From assembly GCA_965222115.1 (NCBI GenBank), contig CBDCTJ010000007.1, forward strand, positions 2,976,001 through 3,040,000: DNA of 64,000 nucleotides. Reading direction: 5' to 3'. The notes beneath the pieces are model-generated. The model had not been told where the DNA came from and searched no databases. It was given only the letters and a program-made list of their open reading frames with translations. Both the position numbers and the translations under genes were made by a program. The stretch is from Planctomycetota bacterium (lineage in GTDB: Bacteria; Planctomycetota; PLA2; JAEUHO01). How positions within the stretch are numbered: the stretch's first letter is position 1; each line of letters opens with the position of its first letter. Below are positions 1 to 9,009 of this stretch, piece after piece.

Positions 1-145
1 ACCGTGCAACTGAAGAAATGCTAAGCAGTTCGAAGGGCCAGAAATTTCTAGACAAAATCTTTGCTATCGCACTCGAAGTCAAGACAAGCGAGATAATCAG
101 CGTGAGCACAAAACGCCAATTCGTAGCTCGAGTTTCACCGCGCAT
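1..145 (-). CDS. Partial (5' end only) membrane protein, possibly MauE/DoxX-like
   Basis: Not in the ORF track. Hand translation from ATG at 145 gives MRGETRATNWRFVLTLIISLVLTSSAIAKILSRNFWPFELL..., open to the window edge. AGGA lies upstream, 11 bp after the stop of the preceding gene. A hydrophobic helix followed by 'SAIAK' resembles MauE/DoxX N-termini (inference). Confidence 0.45.
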   Translation of the reverse strand, partial: MRGETRATNWRFVLTLIISLVLTSSAIAKILSRNFWPFELLSISSVAR

Positions 146-156
146 GCTCTCTTTTC

Positions 157-1980
157 CTAGCGAACGAACTTCACGATCACTTGTGGTGTGGCCACCTCGC
201 TGTCCTCAACTCGGAACTCATGGCTGACAAATTCGAGCCCTGGCCCGTCTACAAAGAGCGTGTGAATTCCGGGTTTAGTCGGCTGAAAACCAAACACATC
301 CAACTCGATCGGATCGCGGCTAATAGACTGATGCACATACATCGTACGTCTTAGGCCGCCAAGAAGCGGCCAATCGGCACTGTTGTAACGCACCCGTGCG
401 CCGATGACTCGCTCTCCGTCCTCATTAAGTAACCTCGGCGAAAATCCGCACAATACTGGCCACGTGAAACTCAATGAGACTACTGACTCGGAGTCCCCAG
501 ACGTTTGACTGACAGGAACATAATTCGATCCGCCTAAGCCGTCGATAAGCTGTACTCGAAGTTCATCGAAGAGTGGCACCTGCGAAAACACCCAGTGCCC
601 CTCCATATCCTGAGTGCCATATACGATCCCCCCTCCTACTCCTCCTCGCGCACTGTATGCGAGTTGCGGCACTGCAGATCGCCGTAGCTCGGGATACCCA
701 GGCCTAGCTGACTTTGTGCGCACACCTACAAACCTCTGCCCAATTGCGACAGGAACCATTATTTCGAATGGCCGAATGCTCGTACCCAATTCGGTCAACT
801 TCACTGTTGGCACGATCGCCCTCACGGGCATGTATCCGGGAATTCGCGATAGAACCACGACTTTCTCAGCTGGAAGATCACTCATCGGAACGACGAGCTC
901 ATAGACCCCCTTGCGGATCCCGGCGTCCGAGGGCAAGCGCTGCCACGTATCGGCAGCCCAAACGACTCTTGAGTGGAATAGATTTCGAACTATCCCTGCT
1001 TGCGGCACATGAACTTCCACTTGTGTCGGACGGATCGTAATGGGGAGTCCACTGTCCGCGTTCAGAAATTGAATTCGGATGCCGACACTCGGCATGAGTA
1101 CGAGATCCACAGAAGAGTCGCTTGACCAATTCGCGTCGAGAGTTCGCTCGCGCAGGTTGGCTGCTTTGCCGGGTTCCTTCAAAACAAGTTCACTGAGCAC
1201 TTGAGAATCAGCCTGTGCGGCGCTCTCATGCCACGCAGTAACCTCTACTGTTCGTGAACTAGCACTGTATGGCAAAGGAGCGCGCCAGTTTCCACTCTCG
1301 TCTGATCGAGCTATCGACGTGCAACCTTCGGTAGACCCCAGAGCGTTTAGGCTCTTTGACCTCGCGACGCCAAGAGTCCGAATCAACACTTTCGCATCAC
1401 TAATTCCATCTCCCTTTGGTGTCCGAACTGTGCCTCGAATCCAATCGGCTCTCATCAACGCAAGTTCATTACGGTTGTCTTCTGAATTTAGCTCAAAAAC
1501 ATGCTGCGCAAAACCGCGTACGCGGACTGTCACTCGCCATCGGGCACGCTCAAGAGCGTCTCGTCGAATGCGCAACTCGCCAGTGCCTGGATCCACGTCG
1601 AAAGGTATTGTGGCTTCGCTCCGACTGTGCGGATCGGCGAAGACCGCCTGCTCGCCACTTACGTTTGAGCCGCTTTGGCTATCAAATAGGCGAAACTGTA
1701 CATGCGAATTCCCGGAGTCCTCGTTGGTACGCCGATCAGGTTTGCCGGAGTTTGGCGAGTGTGGCGCAACCAGCAAATACGGATCGATTCGCGGTCTCGG
1801 CCGAACGGTGGCTTGCACATATGGATCGGGCGGCAGTGAGACGATCAAGATGTCATAAAAAATGCAGAGCGTGAGCGATACGCCAAGACAAAACGCACAA
1901 ACCGCGAACCTACGGGATCCGCGGAACCCCGGAAACCTACGCGCTGTCTTGGACTCTACGTCCATGGGGAATGGGGACAA
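157..1980 (-). CDS. Hypothetical membrane-anchored protein with carboxypeptidase-regulatory-like beta-sandwich domain(s)
   Basis: 607-aa ORF with an N-terminal TM segment. 'IRGTVRTPKGDGISDAKV' and 'LLNEDGERVIGARV' resemble CarboxypepD_reg/transthyretin-like starts. Confidence 0.6.
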   Translation of the reverse strand: MSPFPMDVESKTARRFPGFRGSRRFAVCAFCLGVSLTLCIFYDILIVSLPPDPYVQATVRPRPRIDPYLLVAPHSPNSGKPDRRTNEDSGNSHVQFRLFDSQSGSNVSGEQAVFADPHSRSEATIPFDVDPGTGELRIRRDALERARWRVTVRVRGFAQHVFELNSEDNRNELALMRADWIRGTVRTPKGDGISDAKVLIRTLGVARSKSLNALGSTEGCTSIARSDESGNWRAPLPYSASSRTVEVTAWHESAAQADSQVLSELVLKEPGKAANLRERTLDANWSSDSSVDLVLMPSVGIRIQFLNADSGLPITIRPTQVEVHVPQAGIVRNLFHSRVVWAADTWQRLPSDAGIRKGVYELVVPMSDLPAEKVVVLSRIPGYMPVRAIVPTVKLTELGTSIRPFEIMVPVAIGQRFVGVRTKSARPGYPELRRSAVPQLAYSARGGVGGGIVYGTQDMEGHWVFSQVPLFDELRVQLIDGLGGSNYVPVSQTSGDSESVVSLSFTWPVLCGFSPRLLNEDGERVIGARVRYNSADWPLLGGLRRTMYVHQSISRDPIELDVFGFQPTKPGIHTLFVDGPGLEFVSHEFRVEDSEVATPQVIVKFVR

Positions 1981-1993
1981 ACGCGCTCGTCCC

Positions 1994-2488
1994 CTACTGG
2001 CATCTACAACTCGATAGCTTGTGTCCGTTCTCGTTAAAAAGAATCGACTCCGTGCAGTTCAAGCTCGCGGGTGAACAAAGCCCCGAGCATCCCTGAAAGG
2101 TAACAACGGATGGATTTTGAGAGTGATCAACGATTATGATCATGTCGCACGCTATCTGCGGCTTCAGTGGCCCCGGCCCATCCGGATCAATAGTATCAAA
2201 CTGAGTGCTGCTTCCCCCGCTGGGCAAATTTGTACACCCACACGTTGAGACTGCAGTTGCACCACTTTGACTTCTGACGACCAGTTGGCACTCGGCACCA
2301 ACGGGTAGAAGAAGGGGACAATCCCCGAAACAGTGAACCGTGGTCGGCACCGGATTGCCCTGCGAATCTGGTTCCCACTGCCCGGTACCGGTACAGGCGC
2401 CCCCGCCTCCTGCCGCTAGTGCGTGGGCTCCGCCTATCACGATTGCTAACGCAGCCACAACTGATGCTAAGAATGACTTGTTTTTCAT
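1994..2488 (-). CDS. Secreted cysteine-rich protein with two tandem 6-Cys modules
   Basis: Signal peptide, AAGGA RBS, and 12 Cys arranged as C-x20-C-x3-C-x9-C-x15-CxC and C-x19-C-x3-C-x6-C-x15-CxC. Confidence 0.75.
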   Translation of the reverse strand: MKNKSFLASVVAALAIVIGGAHALAAGGGGACTGTGQWEPDSQGNPVPTTVHCFGDCPLLLPVGAECQLVVRSQSGATAVSTCGCTNLPSGGSSTQFDTIDPDGPGPLKPQIACDMIIIVDHSQNPSVVTFQGCSGLCSPASLNCTESILFNENGHKLSSCRCQ

Positions 2489-2989
2489 GCTGTCATCCTT
2501 TCTCTGTGGGCTATCATGATATCATAGCATAGGGACTTGCCGATTCAACCTAAATACGCAGCCGCATATTTTGTTCGAGCATCCTGCTCTTCGTGTGGGT
2601 CACGGCTGTATCGGACTGGTTCCGACGCGGTCACTACACGCTAACAACATGAAGAATAGCGCCTTTGAACGGCTCAGTATCTGGGTTTGCACGACCCCAC
2701 TAGCTTGGACAGCCCAATCTAGCCAACATCATTATCTTATCTTACCGCCCGCACCATTTTAGGGGCGGCAGGACACTAAATCGCCAGATTCCGGCCCACA
2801 CAAGGAGCAGTAGAGCCGTAATTTTCCCACCAAGTAGGTGACTTGGGACTCTGACGTGCCCCCAATAGCGCTGTCAATGCAGAAACGGAAGCGCAACCTC
2901 GCCTGCGTAATTCATTAGTCAAGACGCTTGACTACGGACGCAGACGATTGCGCAGTTCCGCCGCCCATGGTATGGCCGCACGTGTCAAG

Positions 2990-3246
2990 TTGCGCGTGGA
3001 GTGGTTGGTTGAGTTCTCGGATCAGGGCGCTTTCGGGTTGGTCGAGAGGAAGGGAGGCTGAACGACGCTAGCCTGGTATTCGTGGATTGGGTACCACAGG
3101 GAAAGTGTTCGTCGGGAGATGCCTCGATCTACAGCCGTGGATTCAGATGCCGTGCATCCTGCCACATAAGGGCGACGAGGATGTTCTCCAGTCGCGCACT
3201 CCCTTCCTCTCAAAACTTCTTTGTCTTTTCTTTGGATCCTCTCGTG
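2990..3246 (-). ncRNA. Candidate bridge/seek RNA in the downstream non-coding end of the IS110 element
   Basis: ~260-nt non-coding region after the transposase stop, the known bridge-RNA position in IS1111-group elements. It contains TCGCCCT (3169-3175), matching the target flank CCGCCCT, and ATACCA (3074-3079), matching the element end. Boundaries are inferred. Confidence 0.5.
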
Positions 3247-4359
3247 TTATGCGGTTCGCTTGTGACAGTAGCTCGTGTTGTCTTGCAGTACCGCCCACAT
3301 GAATCCCACGAGTTCGCGCGCTACCGCCGTCACTGCTTTCTGACTCGGCATTCGTGCGTGGAGCCGGTGAAAGCGTCTATTGAGACGATGTTGCGCACGC
3401 CACGCGTGCGCAACAACCAAGGGGTCCTGGCCGGCTTGCCGGCGTTTCAAGCCAACACCTACGGCAGGTCGATGTCGGTATTGCCAAGCAGCTTGAACCA
3501 AGATCCGCCGTACGGTTGAGTTTCCTGCCTTGGTTATGCCGCCTCGTCGGCGACGGGGCCCACTGGAATACTCCGATACCGACAGGCCGAGGTAGTCCAT
3601 CAGTGCTCTTGGGCTCGAGAATCGTTTCACATCGATCACTTCTACGAGAAATGTCATAGCCGTAAGTGTCTTTACGCCGCGGAAACACGTGAGCCGACCT
3701 ACGGCTTCTCGGTATCGATCACTCTCGGCAACTCGCTCGATCCTGTTTTCAATCTCACTGAACTGCGAGAATTTGATCTGAAGCAGCGCGATGTGGTTGT
3801 TCAAGACGAACTGATCGTGGTGTTCAAGCTCTATGCCACGAAGCCACATCCAGAATGCGGCAGTCCAGTTCCTTTTCAATCCATACTTGAGTCCATGCCG
3901 ATCGAGCAGCTTCAAAATCATCTGTTTGGACCGATGGATCTCCCGTCGAAATTGTTCACGACAACGAACCAGATTGCGGACACTTTCTTCTTCTTCGGTA
4001 GGAATGTGAATCGCCGTAAGGAGTCCCGCGCGGAGGTCAAATGCCAACCTTTCTGCATCTCGTCGATCGGTCTTCACTCGATCTCCGGGACGCTTCGGTG
4101 CAAGCGATGGCGCAATCACAACACATTGGTGGCCCCACGATTGCATGAGCCGATGCAGCACATATCCGGAACCACTAGCTTCGTAGCAGGAGATAATCGG
4201 ACCGCGTTTCGCAATCTGAGCAATAGCACGTCGCAATGGCGCGTGCTCATTGGGAACGCGGATGACGCCTTCACACGAACCCGAATCCTCCGGAAGAATC
4301 GCAATCACCGCCTCTCTCTTATGAAGGTCGATTCCTAAGAATTGAGTAGTCTGGCTCAT
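3247..4359 (-). CDS. IS110 family transposase/recombinase
   Basis: DEDD RuvC-like motifs GIDLHK, CYEASG, KTDRRDA; Tnp-domain GLSVSEYSSG (catalytic Ser) and GITKAGN. Start set at ATG 4359 behind GGAG. Confidence 0.95.
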   Translation of the reverse strand: MSQTTQFLGIDLHKREAVIAILPEDSGSCEGVIRVPNEHAPLRRAIAQIAKRGPIISCYEASGSGYVLHRLMQSWGHQCVVIAPSLAPKRPGDRVKTDRRDAERLAFDLRAGLLTAIHIPTEEEESVRNLVRCREQFRREIHRSKQMILKLLDRHGLKYGLKRNWTAAFWMWLRGIELEHHDQFVLNNHIALLQIKFSQFSEIENRIERVAESDRYREAVGRLTCFRGVKTLTAMTFLVEVIDVKRFSSPRALMDYLGLSVSEYSSGPRRRRGGITKAGNSTVRRILVQAAWQYRHRPAVGVGLKRRQAGQDPLVVAHAWRAQHRLNRRFHRLHARMPSQKAVTAVARELVGFMWAVLQDNTSYCHKRTA

Positions 4360-4520
4360 GGCTGGGCTCCTGTTGACGGACAAGTTCGATACTTGTTTTC
4401 GGGATAGGGTTCGACAATTCTTGCCGAATCAACCCCAGATGCCAAGGAGCTCAGCCTTTACCTCTCCAGCTGCGCTACTAGGGCACGGCCATCTTGTCTA
4501 CAGGGCGGTTTCGAATCGTG

Positions 4521-4571
4521 GGGATCTATTCCTAGGGCTGCGCAGCGCTTCGCGCTGCTGACCCTAGGCTA
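4521..4571. repeat. REP-like palindrome next to the IS110 insertion site
   Basis: Nested inverted repeat CCTAGGG-ctgcgcagcgcttcgcgctgctga-CCCTAGG. Confidence 0.5.
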
Positions 4572-5139
4572 TTGGCCCATGGCTCCTAAGAGGCCGTTGA
4601 CGGTGTTGTGGAACGTGAACGGCGATGGCGTTGGCAAGTTGCCAATCTGGAATTCGCGCACGACCTACGTTAGCGTTCGAATGATTCATCTTCGTACTCA
4701 TACGCGAGCAGGAGAGTACCTCCTGAACTCTCGATTTGTTCGTTGAACAACCGCGGAACCGTTGGGTGCGGAAACCGTGTGGATGACCGGGGCACGATTT
4801 CGCCATTACCCGATCTACGCGTCTGTTGATTTGGTCCTTCGATGCGCACGTCGCGAATCAGAGATTCGCTTATGCTTACTCAGGATCTGCGATTTCGTTG
4901 GGTCTTCTACCCAAGAAATCCCCGACACGCGCGTCGAGGTGTTCACGAATAAGAAGTTCGGGTCCTCATGTCTGAATTTGTCACTTGCGCTCCTTCAGAG
5001 CGCTTCCATTGGGGACGCAAACTCTACCAGGGTTCGGAAGCCTCACTCATGAAGATTGGAAGCGAGCTATCATCGTTGGCACCTTCGGAGCCACGTCCTT
5101 TCGATTGTCTTTAGGAATGCGGCATCCAACTTTCAGGCC

Positions 5140-5472
5140 GCGCTTGGTGGTCTTGGCGCCCTTGGTGAGATCTCTTCTCCTCTCTCGGGCGGCGCACCGA
5201 AACCGATCGCACACACACCGCCTTGCCACGCGCCGCCTCGCTTGCGCTTCGTGACTAAGCTTCTTCGTGTGCCCATTCTTGAGACGACGTGCTTGCGACC
5301 CATTCCACATTTACACGACTCGCGTCCACCAACGCTTGCGCTCTGCAACTCTGCGCCTCTGCGCGCGGCTCTTCTTCTCATCCCGCCAATGGGTCCCACC
5401 GATGCCAGCAAATGTCGCGTCCTCAGGCTGCGCTTGGTGACCTTCGTGTCCTTGGTGAGAGCTTCTTCTTCC
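5140..5472. repeat. Array A: four degenerate ~40-bp direct repeats with unique spacers
   Basis: Units start at 5140, 5244, 5338 and 5430. Each is GCG + three 8-9-nt subunits (CTTGGTGnn / CTTCGTGnn / CTCTGCGn) + a CT-rich tail; the 5244 unit is the most degenerate. Confidence 0.75.
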
Positions 5473-5482
5473 AGGAGGCGCC

Positions 5483-6457
5483 CTACGACCGAAGCGCTGC
5501 CAACGACTTCAAGAGACGACGACCCGTTGGCGTCTGAGCCATGGCTTTGGGCAGTTTTTCGATCCGGCGCTGCGCTTCGTCGATGAAACCGAGGTCGAGC
5601 ACAATCACAGCACCCAGCAACCGATCCGCGTCGTCACCTGATGAATCGAGCTTCGACAACAGAGCCGCCAAGCGTGCCTGCTCCTCGATCGAGGCCACTT
5701 CAAAGGCGGCACTCGCTTCTTGGACGGCGCCACCGGTGCGTGTTTCGAGATGCCACAGGTATCGATGCCCAGGCGTCAAACTAGGTGCGTCGTCGGGCCA
5801 CGCCCATGGGCTGGAAATCGAAGTGCCCTTGAAGATAAGTTTTGCCGACGCCTCGTCCTCGATCCGAATTGAGGTTTCGTCCGCATGGTCGGGAACATCG
5901 AAATGAAACGTAGGCCCGCTTGAGGCTAGGTAGCGTCCTTTGGGAGCACGCAGCACGAGCCCATCGCGGTACACGCCGTTTCCGGGGGTCGTGGGTGGCT
6001 CATCCGCCAAATGGGGCAACGCACCCAACCACACAGCGTCTTTGCGAAGCTCCGCTGCCCGCGCAACCAACTGAGTTCGCATGGATTCCTTCGTGGCACC
6101 GCCCGAGTCCCCTTGGATTTGCCAGAGTCCAAACGCAAGCAATGCCGCGGCGGCCATAGCGAGCATGGGCAGGAAAAACTTACGTCCCGTCTCGGGTTGA
6201 GGTTGCTCTTCGTTCACGCCGGTCGAGTGCAACGCGCCGCGTTCGGCGCGCACAGCATGCCAAACGTGTCGAAGATCTTCGTCGGTGGCCAGGCGTCGCT
6301 CAAATTCTTCACGCTGATCATTCGATAGCGTGCCCGCGACGTAGGCAGCCACCGTATCCGCCACCGCATGCGCGTCGTGAGGCCTACTTTCCACGTCGAC
6401 GGCCAGCGGCACGCCGCGAACAAGCGCGCTTACCAACGCTTCGTCTTCTCGATTCAC
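5483..6457 (-). CDS. Anti-sigma factor-like protein (degenerate zf-HC2-like N-terminus, TM helix, DUF928-like extracellular domain)
   Basis: 'HAVADTVAAYVAGTLS...FERRLATD' anti-sigma-like helix, one TM, and 'LTPGHRYLWHLE'. The GTG start overlaps the stop of the sigma gene (GTGA). Confidence 0.7.
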   Translation of the reverse strand: MNREDEALVSALVRGVPLAVDVESRPHDAHAVADTVAAYVAGTLSNDQREEFERRLATDEDLRHVWHAVRAERGALHSTGVNEEQPQPETGRKFFLPMLAMAAAALLAFGLWQIQGDSGGATKESMRTQLVARAAELRKDAVWLGALPHLADEPPTTPGNGVYRDGLVLRAPKGRYLASSGPTFHFDVPDHADETSIRIEDEASAKLIFKGTSISSPWAWPDDAPSLTPGHRYLWHLETRTGGAVQEASAAFEVASIEEQARLAALLSKLDSSGDDADRLLGAVIVLDLGFIDEAQRRIEKLPKAMAQTPTGRRLLKSLAALRS

Positions 6458-7353
6458 GACTCTCCCTCCACCCGCTGCTCTTCCAGCTCCGTTTTGACTG
6501 CGTCGCAGACCAAGGCCCACATCCCTGCGTCGTCTTCGGGACGCTCCTGCATGCGACGTCGAAGACCCTTGGCAAGTTTGCTGACCGCTTGCTCAAGGAG
6601 GCGGCTTACGCGCGGCGCCCCCACGTCCAAGATGGTGGCAATGTCTTTTTGAGCCACGCCATCCCGATACTTCAAGACGAGCGCAAAGTGTTCGCGACTC
6701 GTCAATGCTTCAAGTGATTCCGACAGCGCTTGCCGAATGCGTTCGGCGGTCTCTTTGCCCACCGCGGCTTCCAAGGGGCCGTGTGTCACAGTCTGCTCGC
6801 CAGGTCGCGCGCGGACACTTCGTTCGGCTCGTGCGTGTTCGCGGTGGTCGCGCCGAACATCGTCGATGCGTCGGCGCAGGACGAGCGTTAGCAAGTATAC
6901 GAACAGTGCGCCGCGGCCGGTGTAGCGCCCAATGCGAAGTCGATCGCCGTCGTAGTGAGACGGCATGCTCAGATCGGAGAACGTCTCATCCGTTGCGTCC
7001 GCCGCCTGCGCAGCGCTCATGCCCTTGCGCATGGCAACGTTCTTGAGTCGGGTACGAAATGCATCACGCAACTTCGTCCACGCCGACTCCCTGCCCGCGT
7101 CGCATGCGCTGGTGAGATAGAGATCGGCGCCTACGATCGCGGCCAACGTCGACAGCCATTCGTCTTGCGATCCATCAAACCAACGACGCGTTACACGGAT
7201 TGCACGTTGATTGAAGTCCTTGCGTGGGTAGGCGTGATCGCCATACGTCGTAACGCCTCGTTCGAAGTGCGCACGCAGAACAGACGACTCGGAGAAGGGA
7301 CGACGCAACGCGCCCCCACCGTTCTCAGAAGATGGAACTTGATAAGCCGCCAT
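6454..7353 (-). CDS. ECF-type sigma-70 RNA polymerase sigma factor
   Basis: Region 2 (DATDETFSDL...YTGRGALFVYL) and region 4 HTH (LTSREHFALVLKYRDGVAQKDIATILDV...VSRLL); extended N-terminus. Confidence 0.88.
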   Translation of the reverse strand: MAAYQVPSSENGGGALRRPFSESSVLRAHFERGVTTYGDHAYPRKDFNQRAIRVTRRWFDGSQDEWLSTLAAIVGADLYLTSACDAGRESAWTKLRDAFRTRLKNVAMRKGMSAAQAADATDETFSDLSMPSHYDGDRLRIGRYTGRGALFVYLLTLVLRRRIDDVRRDHREHARAERSVRARPGEQTVTHGPLEAAVGKETAERIRQALSESLEALTSREHFALVLKYRDGVAQKDIATILDVGAPRVSRLLEQAVSKLAKGLRRRMQERPEDDAGMWALVCDAVKTELEEQRVEGES

Positions 7354-7497
7354 ACCGCGAGCTTACCAGCGAAGCGATGCACGATCATCCGCGAGGTCTC
7401 CGCAAGTGCTTTCGGACGACCCTCGATTTTTAGTGGCAACTTTTCAAAATCAGCTACGACGAGCTCCTTCGCGCCGTTTGGACGCGGTTCGTCTCGT

Positions 7498-7923
7498 CTA
7501 TTCGTCGATCGTGATTCCCATAGAACGGGCGGTGCCCATGATGATGTTGGCGGCTGCGTCCTTGTTGAACGCATTGAGATCAGCCATCTTCTTCTCCGCG
7601 ATTTCATCGACTTGAGCGCGGGTGACCGAACCAACCTTCAGCGTGTTGGGGGTGGGGCTGCCCTTGTCGAGGCCGGCCGCCTTACGCAGAAGGACGGCAG
7701 CGGGCGGGCTCTTGAGCTCAAAGTCAAACGAACGGTCGGTGTAGACGGTGAGGATGACCGGGATGGTAGTGCCCATGTCTTGACGGGTGGCGTCGTTGAA
7801 GCGCTTGACGAATTCGCCAATGTTGACGCCGTGCTGACCCAGCGCAGGACCTACGGGTGGCGCGGGCGTCGCCTGGCCACCGGGACACTGAAGCTTGATC
7901 TTTGCCTTGAACTCTTTTGCCAT
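7498..7923 (-). CDS. rplK: 50S ribosomal protein L11
   Basis: [20 protein letters not shown] and GTARSMG signatures. Confidence 0.99.
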   Translation of the reverse strand: MAKEFKAKIKLQCPGGQATPAPPVGPALGQHGVNIGEFVKRFNDATRQDMGTTIPVILTVYTDRSFDFELKSPPAAVLLRKAAGLDKGSPTPNTLKVGSVTRAQVDEIAEKKMADLNAFNKDAAANIIMGTARSMGITIDE

Positions 7924-8001
7924 CGTTCGTCTCGTTTCTCTCTAGCGCCGCCTCGACGCGCAGGCACCGGCGATGGGCGCCCAACGATCGATTCGCGTCA
8001 A

Positions 8002-8541
8002 CTACATTTCGTCGACTTGCCAATACTCCAACTCGACGGGCGTGGCGCGACCGAAAATCGTCACGGTGACGCGAACAATGCCCTTCGCGGGAATGACTTC
8101 GTCTACTACGCCTTCGAAGGACTCAAGCGGCCCCTCTTTGATCTTCACTTTGTCGCCAACCTTGAGCTTGATCTTGACCTGCGGCGTCTTGTCCTCGGCC
8201 TTCTCCATCGACTTGAGCAGGCGTTCGACTTCTTCGGGCTCGATGGGCTGGAGACCTACGAAGTCCCCCACACCGGACGTTTCGCGCACCAAGAACCACA
8301 CCTCGCGTGGCACGCTGCCATCCTTGTTCTCTTCGATCTCAAGCAGCACGTAGCCGGGATAGAGCTTGGTTTTGCGTGTGCGCTTCTTGCCCGACTTAAG
8401 TTCGGTCACGACTTCCATCGGGACGAGCACGCGGGGCACAACGTTCTCAAGCCCCGCCAATTTGAGGCGACGGGTGAGCGACGTCTGAACCGTATTCTCA
8501 CGGCCACTCTGCACACGGACGACATACCAGCGCCTGGCCAA
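8002..8541 (-). CDS. nusG: Transcription termination/antitermination factor NusG
   Basis: WYVVRVQSGRE, KLYPGYV, KOW domain, IFGRATPVEL. Confidence 0.99.
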   Translation of the reverse strand: MARRWYVVRVQSGRENTVQTSLTRRLKLAGLENVVPRVLVPMEVVTELKSGKKRTRKTKLYPGYVLLEIEENKDGSVPREVWFLVRETSGVGDFVGLQPIEPEEVERLLKSMEKAEDKTPQVKIKLKVGDKVKIKEGPLESFEGVVDEVIPAKGIVRVTVTIFGRATPVELEYWQVDEM

Positions 8542-8595
8542 ATCTAGTCTCCAAGAACGAATCGACGCGCGCAGTGCGCGCGACGCATACGTTCC

Positions 8596-9009
8596 CTAGA
8601 AAATCAGTTTGAAGATTCGTTGTAGGACGATATCGAATCCGAAGAGCAATCCGGCCAACAAGAACGTTACGAGAATCACAACAAGGGTGGCGCTCCAGAC
8701 TTCCTTCTTGGAAGGCCAGGACACCTTTTTCATTTCCTGCTCGGTATCGATGAGCAGGTTGACCATATCTTCGCGGTTGAGCACGAGGTGCACGAGCAAC
8801 ATGCCAATCAGAAATGCACCCAGCGCAATGGCGTGGTACATCGTGATATTGCCGAGCAGGGGGACATCCTTGATCCAAATGTGCTTGCCCGGAACGTTGA
8901 AAAACGCGAAGAGCCGAATGGCCCCGAAAAGCACGAGCAACCCGCAGCAAACGTAGCCAACGCCACGCGCCCAAGTGCCTTGGCCCTTCTTGTAGATCTC
9001 AAGACCCAT
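8596..9009 (-). CDS. secE: Preprotein translocase subunit SecE (3-TM type)
   Basis: EMKKVSWPSKKE motif followed by a TM helix; lies between tRNA-Trp and nusG. Start chosen at MGLEIYKKGQG. Confidence 0.95.
   Translation of the reverse strand: MGLEIYKKGQGTWARGVGYVCCGLLVLFGAIRLFAFFNVPGKHIWIKDVPLLGNITMYHAIALGAFLIGMLLVHLVLNREDMVNLLIDTEQEMKKVSWPSKKEVWSATLVVILVTFLLAGLLFGFDIVLQRIFKLIF

Larger units (their letters stand above)
2969..4499 (-). mobile_element. IS110-family insertion sequence (IS1111-like organisation)
   Basis: Contains an IS110 recombinase. Subterminal inverted repeats ATGGCCG (2972-2978) and CGGCCAT (4486-4492), an outward TTGACA at 2983-2988 (minus strand) and a long downstream non-coding end. 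Ends are uncertain by a few bp. Confidence 0.8.

Noticed and set aside
4570-5130. Possible pseudogene between the IS and array A
   Set aside because: Only short stop-interrupted minus-strand frames; no product could be assigned.
5140-5472. Calling the spaced repeats a CRISPR array
   Set aside because: Units are too divergent, internally periodic and non-palindromic, and there are no cas genes or leader in the window. Reported as an unknown repeat family instead.
5047-5586. Small ORFs of 82-176 aa over array A
   Set aside because: They are translations of the repeats in several frames, with no RBS or family motifs.
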